In this document: positions 61,600 through 64,000 of the stretch, one piece after another
Position numbering within the stretch: position 1 is the first letter of the stretch
Layout of the letters: every line of letters begins with the position of its first letter
Source of the DNA: Octopus bimaculoides
Lineage: Eukaryota
DNA: 64,000 nt
NCBI RefSeq assembly: GCF_001194135.2
Contig: NC_068999.1
Location: 54,942,246-55,006,245, forward strand
Reading direction: 5' to 3'
The notes under the pieces: generated by a model
What the model was told of the DNA's origin: nothing
What the model saw: only the letters and a program-made list of their open reading frames with translations
Databases searched by the model: none
Program-made: the position numbers and the translations under genes

Positions 61600-62300
61600 T
61601 CGGTCCGGATAAACAATTGTAGCGGTCAATGAGTAAATAAATAAAATTAAAAAAAGGGTGTTTGCTTTAAATACCTCACTACCACCAAAAACCGTTTTGA
61701 AATTATGCAACATTTTGGGGAGGGTTTCCTGGGCGACCGTCAAATCAAACCTCATACAATAACACAATATCGAGAGAGCCTGTACGTGGTTACCCGATCA
61801 CCCTAATGACAGAAGTCAAATCCCCTTCAAATCATTCTAACGTTTTATAAACAATATGACGACATACTGTAGTTCTAGAAACATACCTCTCCCAAATAAA
61901 TAAATAAAAAATAGAGGACAGTCACTACTGGGGTGTTTTGTTCGTAAGTCGTCTACGAATCAACAATGACCTGCAGTTAAACCATATACATCACCGTCTC
62001 CAGCGACAACTTGTCGGCTACCAGCCCAGGCTCCGCTTGCTCATCAGGTTGAGAAAGAAAAAAAAAATTGTCAGGGTATCTCGGTCGCTCTCCGACAGGT
62101 TTATGGGTCAAGCCTGTGGTAGTTGAGACCTCTGGTGTTCTTGGCCATCGGACCATATTCCTGCTCACTGATATCGGAGCAGAAAATGCTGTCTGCAAGC
62201 GCGAGTCCCAGGAGTAATTGTTTACTCCTGATGCTAATGGTTTAAGTCTATTTACCAGTATTATTCCTTCTAAAACGAACAGGAAGAAAGTTTAAACATT
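61600..62300. promoter_or_regulatory. Second CpG-rich island, putative promoter or first exons
   Basis: CpG-rich unique sequence; candidate minus-strand caaaATG exon and splice donors nearby. Confidence 0.4.
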
Positions 62301-63219
62301 GAAAATACCAGAGCAGTAATAGAAGTAACATTTGGATTAAGGTTATTTTAACGTCTTTTCTTGTTCACGAACACTTGATATTTTCTTTGTGACCTGTACT
62401 TAGATTTTGGACATTTCAAAGATCTTCTTCGAGTGTCCAGTGTAAGTTCCATAAAAAAAAATAAGATAGAAGTGATAAGAGTTATCTGACAGTTTACCAA
62501 AATAACTACTTACTGCCTTGTTTTTCATGTTTTTGTTATTTGTCCCAGTCAAGTCCCGAGCGTCCGATACAAATCCTTTTTTTTTTTTACGGTTTAAACT
62601 CAAATCCCACCGAGCTTTCATCTTTCCGGGATCAATAAAATATAGTACAAATCAAATATTGAGGTTTGATTTAATCGACAAATCCTACCCACCCCACATC
62701 AATTGTCTTGTATCTATCTATACGAGAAACACAATTATTATTTTAAAGATTTGAGCCCAAATACAACTGAGATCGAACGAATGGAGGGGTCATCGATAAC
62801 CAGTCATATATTACCAGCTGGTTTAATAACCGAACAGTCAGCTCCACGATATGAAGCAGATCAATTTACCTTGTGACCTGCCCCTGTCATATACACCTAC
62901 TACCTTCCATTCGGTCCCTACAACCACCTGTAACTGTGTAGTCAGGCCTTCAGAATAAGGAAAAGGGAAGAGATTTTATACACACACACAAGCTATATTA
63001 AGAATGCAAGTCAGAGCAGCAGTTGTCTTGAATAGATACGAAACAGTATCAATACATTTCGACCGTGAACAAATCGACAAGTATCTTTAGTGGGTGCGGT
63101 ACTCTTATCTAAGGGTTGATGACGATAATGGTGACTAATTATTGTGACCTTGAATTTAATAAAGAATGGATGAATAACCTGGCATAATTCCCACCATCGC
63201 GCGCACACACACCTTCACA

Positions 63220-63265
<46 letters not shown>

Positions 63266-63347
63266 TTGGACGGAAACCTAAGGTAATCCCATAAACCGCC
63301 CTCCCGTTTTTAATATAAGGCGGTGCCCCAGCACAGCTGCACTCCGA

Positions 63348-63350
<3 letters not shown>

Positions 63351-63412
<62 letters not shown>
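63351..63412. repeat. (TA)n microsatellite (representative)
   Basis: About 30 units; other TA/TG/GA tracts at ~15690-15740, 38798-38825, 50886-50927, 55582-55616, 59633-59660. Confidence 0.95.
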
Positions 63413-63413
<1 letters not shown>

Positions 63414-63501
63414 GCTGCAATTGTTTATATATATATTAAAAAGAGGGAGGTGTTGTCTACATCTTAGTGTGTGCTTCTCAGGATTTATGTATTTCTACAA
63501 A

Positions 63502-63536
<35 letters not shown>

Positions 63537-63838
63537 GGGCGGAGGTATATACGTATTATATTTATATGATGTGTTATCAGTTAATGTATGTATATCCTGG
63601 TTACACTAATATCCCATACAACTAGTAAACTAGTTTGTAATCTATCGACTGGAATAATTGCTATATCAGTGTGTAAGTATATATGTGTATGTGTGTGAAT
63701 GAGATGTCAATGATTACAGGTAAAAGAATGTAGCCTTGACAAGTGGAGTTGATGTCATCAGATGGTGTCCACCAACGTTCATTCGGTGTTTCGAGCCTGA
63801 TCTGTAACATCCTTCCGTTGGCAGGTCAGCAGTGATGG

Positions 63839-63858
63839 CCAAATCATTACCTCTCTCC

Positions 63859-63940
<82 letters not shown>

Positions 63941-63960
63941 GGAGAGAGGTAATGATTTGG
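63839..63960. repeat. Palindrome centred on (TA)n
   Basis: ccaaatcattacctctctccctca-(TA)n-A run-(TA)n-tgagggagagaggtaatgatttgg; 24-bp perfect unique arms. Confidence 0.92.
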
Positions 63961-64000
63961 TAATGACTACTTGATAAATTCTTATAAAGATTTTATCCTA

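Noticed and set aside
62209-62230. 9-bp hairpin caggagtaa-ttgt-ttactcctg as a terminator
   Set aside because: Eukaryotic context, no U tract, and short enough to arise by chance.
63270-63292. GGAAAC-ctaag-GTA near-palindrome
   Set aside because: Only the 3' motif is present, truncated by a (CA)n tract; too short to call.
404-63609. Most of the supplied 60-180 aa ORFs as genes
   Set aside because: They are translations of microsatellites, SINEs or antisense to real exons (e.g. CVCVCV, YIYIYI, LALGRASSCRN); real coding sequence is split across short exons.
1-64000. CRISPR array, rRNA or intact tRNA genes
   Set aside because: No regularly spaced repeat-spacer structure and no rRNA similarity; tRNA-like pieces are SINE heads or lack an acceptor stem.

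Overview
AT-rich, repeat-dense eukaryotic genomic DNA. The SINE/MITE complement and (TA)n/(TG)n microsatellite load suggest an octopus or other coleoid cephalopod (inference). Two conserved intron-rich genes converge tail-to-tail. On the + strand are the last 15 coding exons of gamma-tubulin complex component 3 (TUBGCP3; 88-24092; 561 aa in the window, N-terminus upstream of it). On the - strand is a complete 7-exon, 339-aa CAB39/MO25 CDS (42203-30243). All 22 exons have GT-AG boundaries and the reading phases join without conflict. Introns and intergenic DNA hold decayed Tc1/mariner and pogo transposons, piggyBac- and hAT-type MITEs, RTE LINE 3' fragments and several SINE families, often nested. 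CpG-rich islands at about 48.3-52.4 kb and 61-63.4 kb look like promoters. The most interesting unexplained signals are a possible unannotated two-exon small ORF diverging from the CAB39 promoter, candidate minus-strand first exons at about 61 kb, (TA)n-anchored fold-back elements carrying partial hammerhead-ribozyme-like cores, and inverted SINE pairs bracketing in-frame exon blocks. There are four N gaps and no CRISPR or rRNA. No clearly new multi-gene system is demonstrable from the sequence alone. Repeat coordinates are approximate, read by eye.
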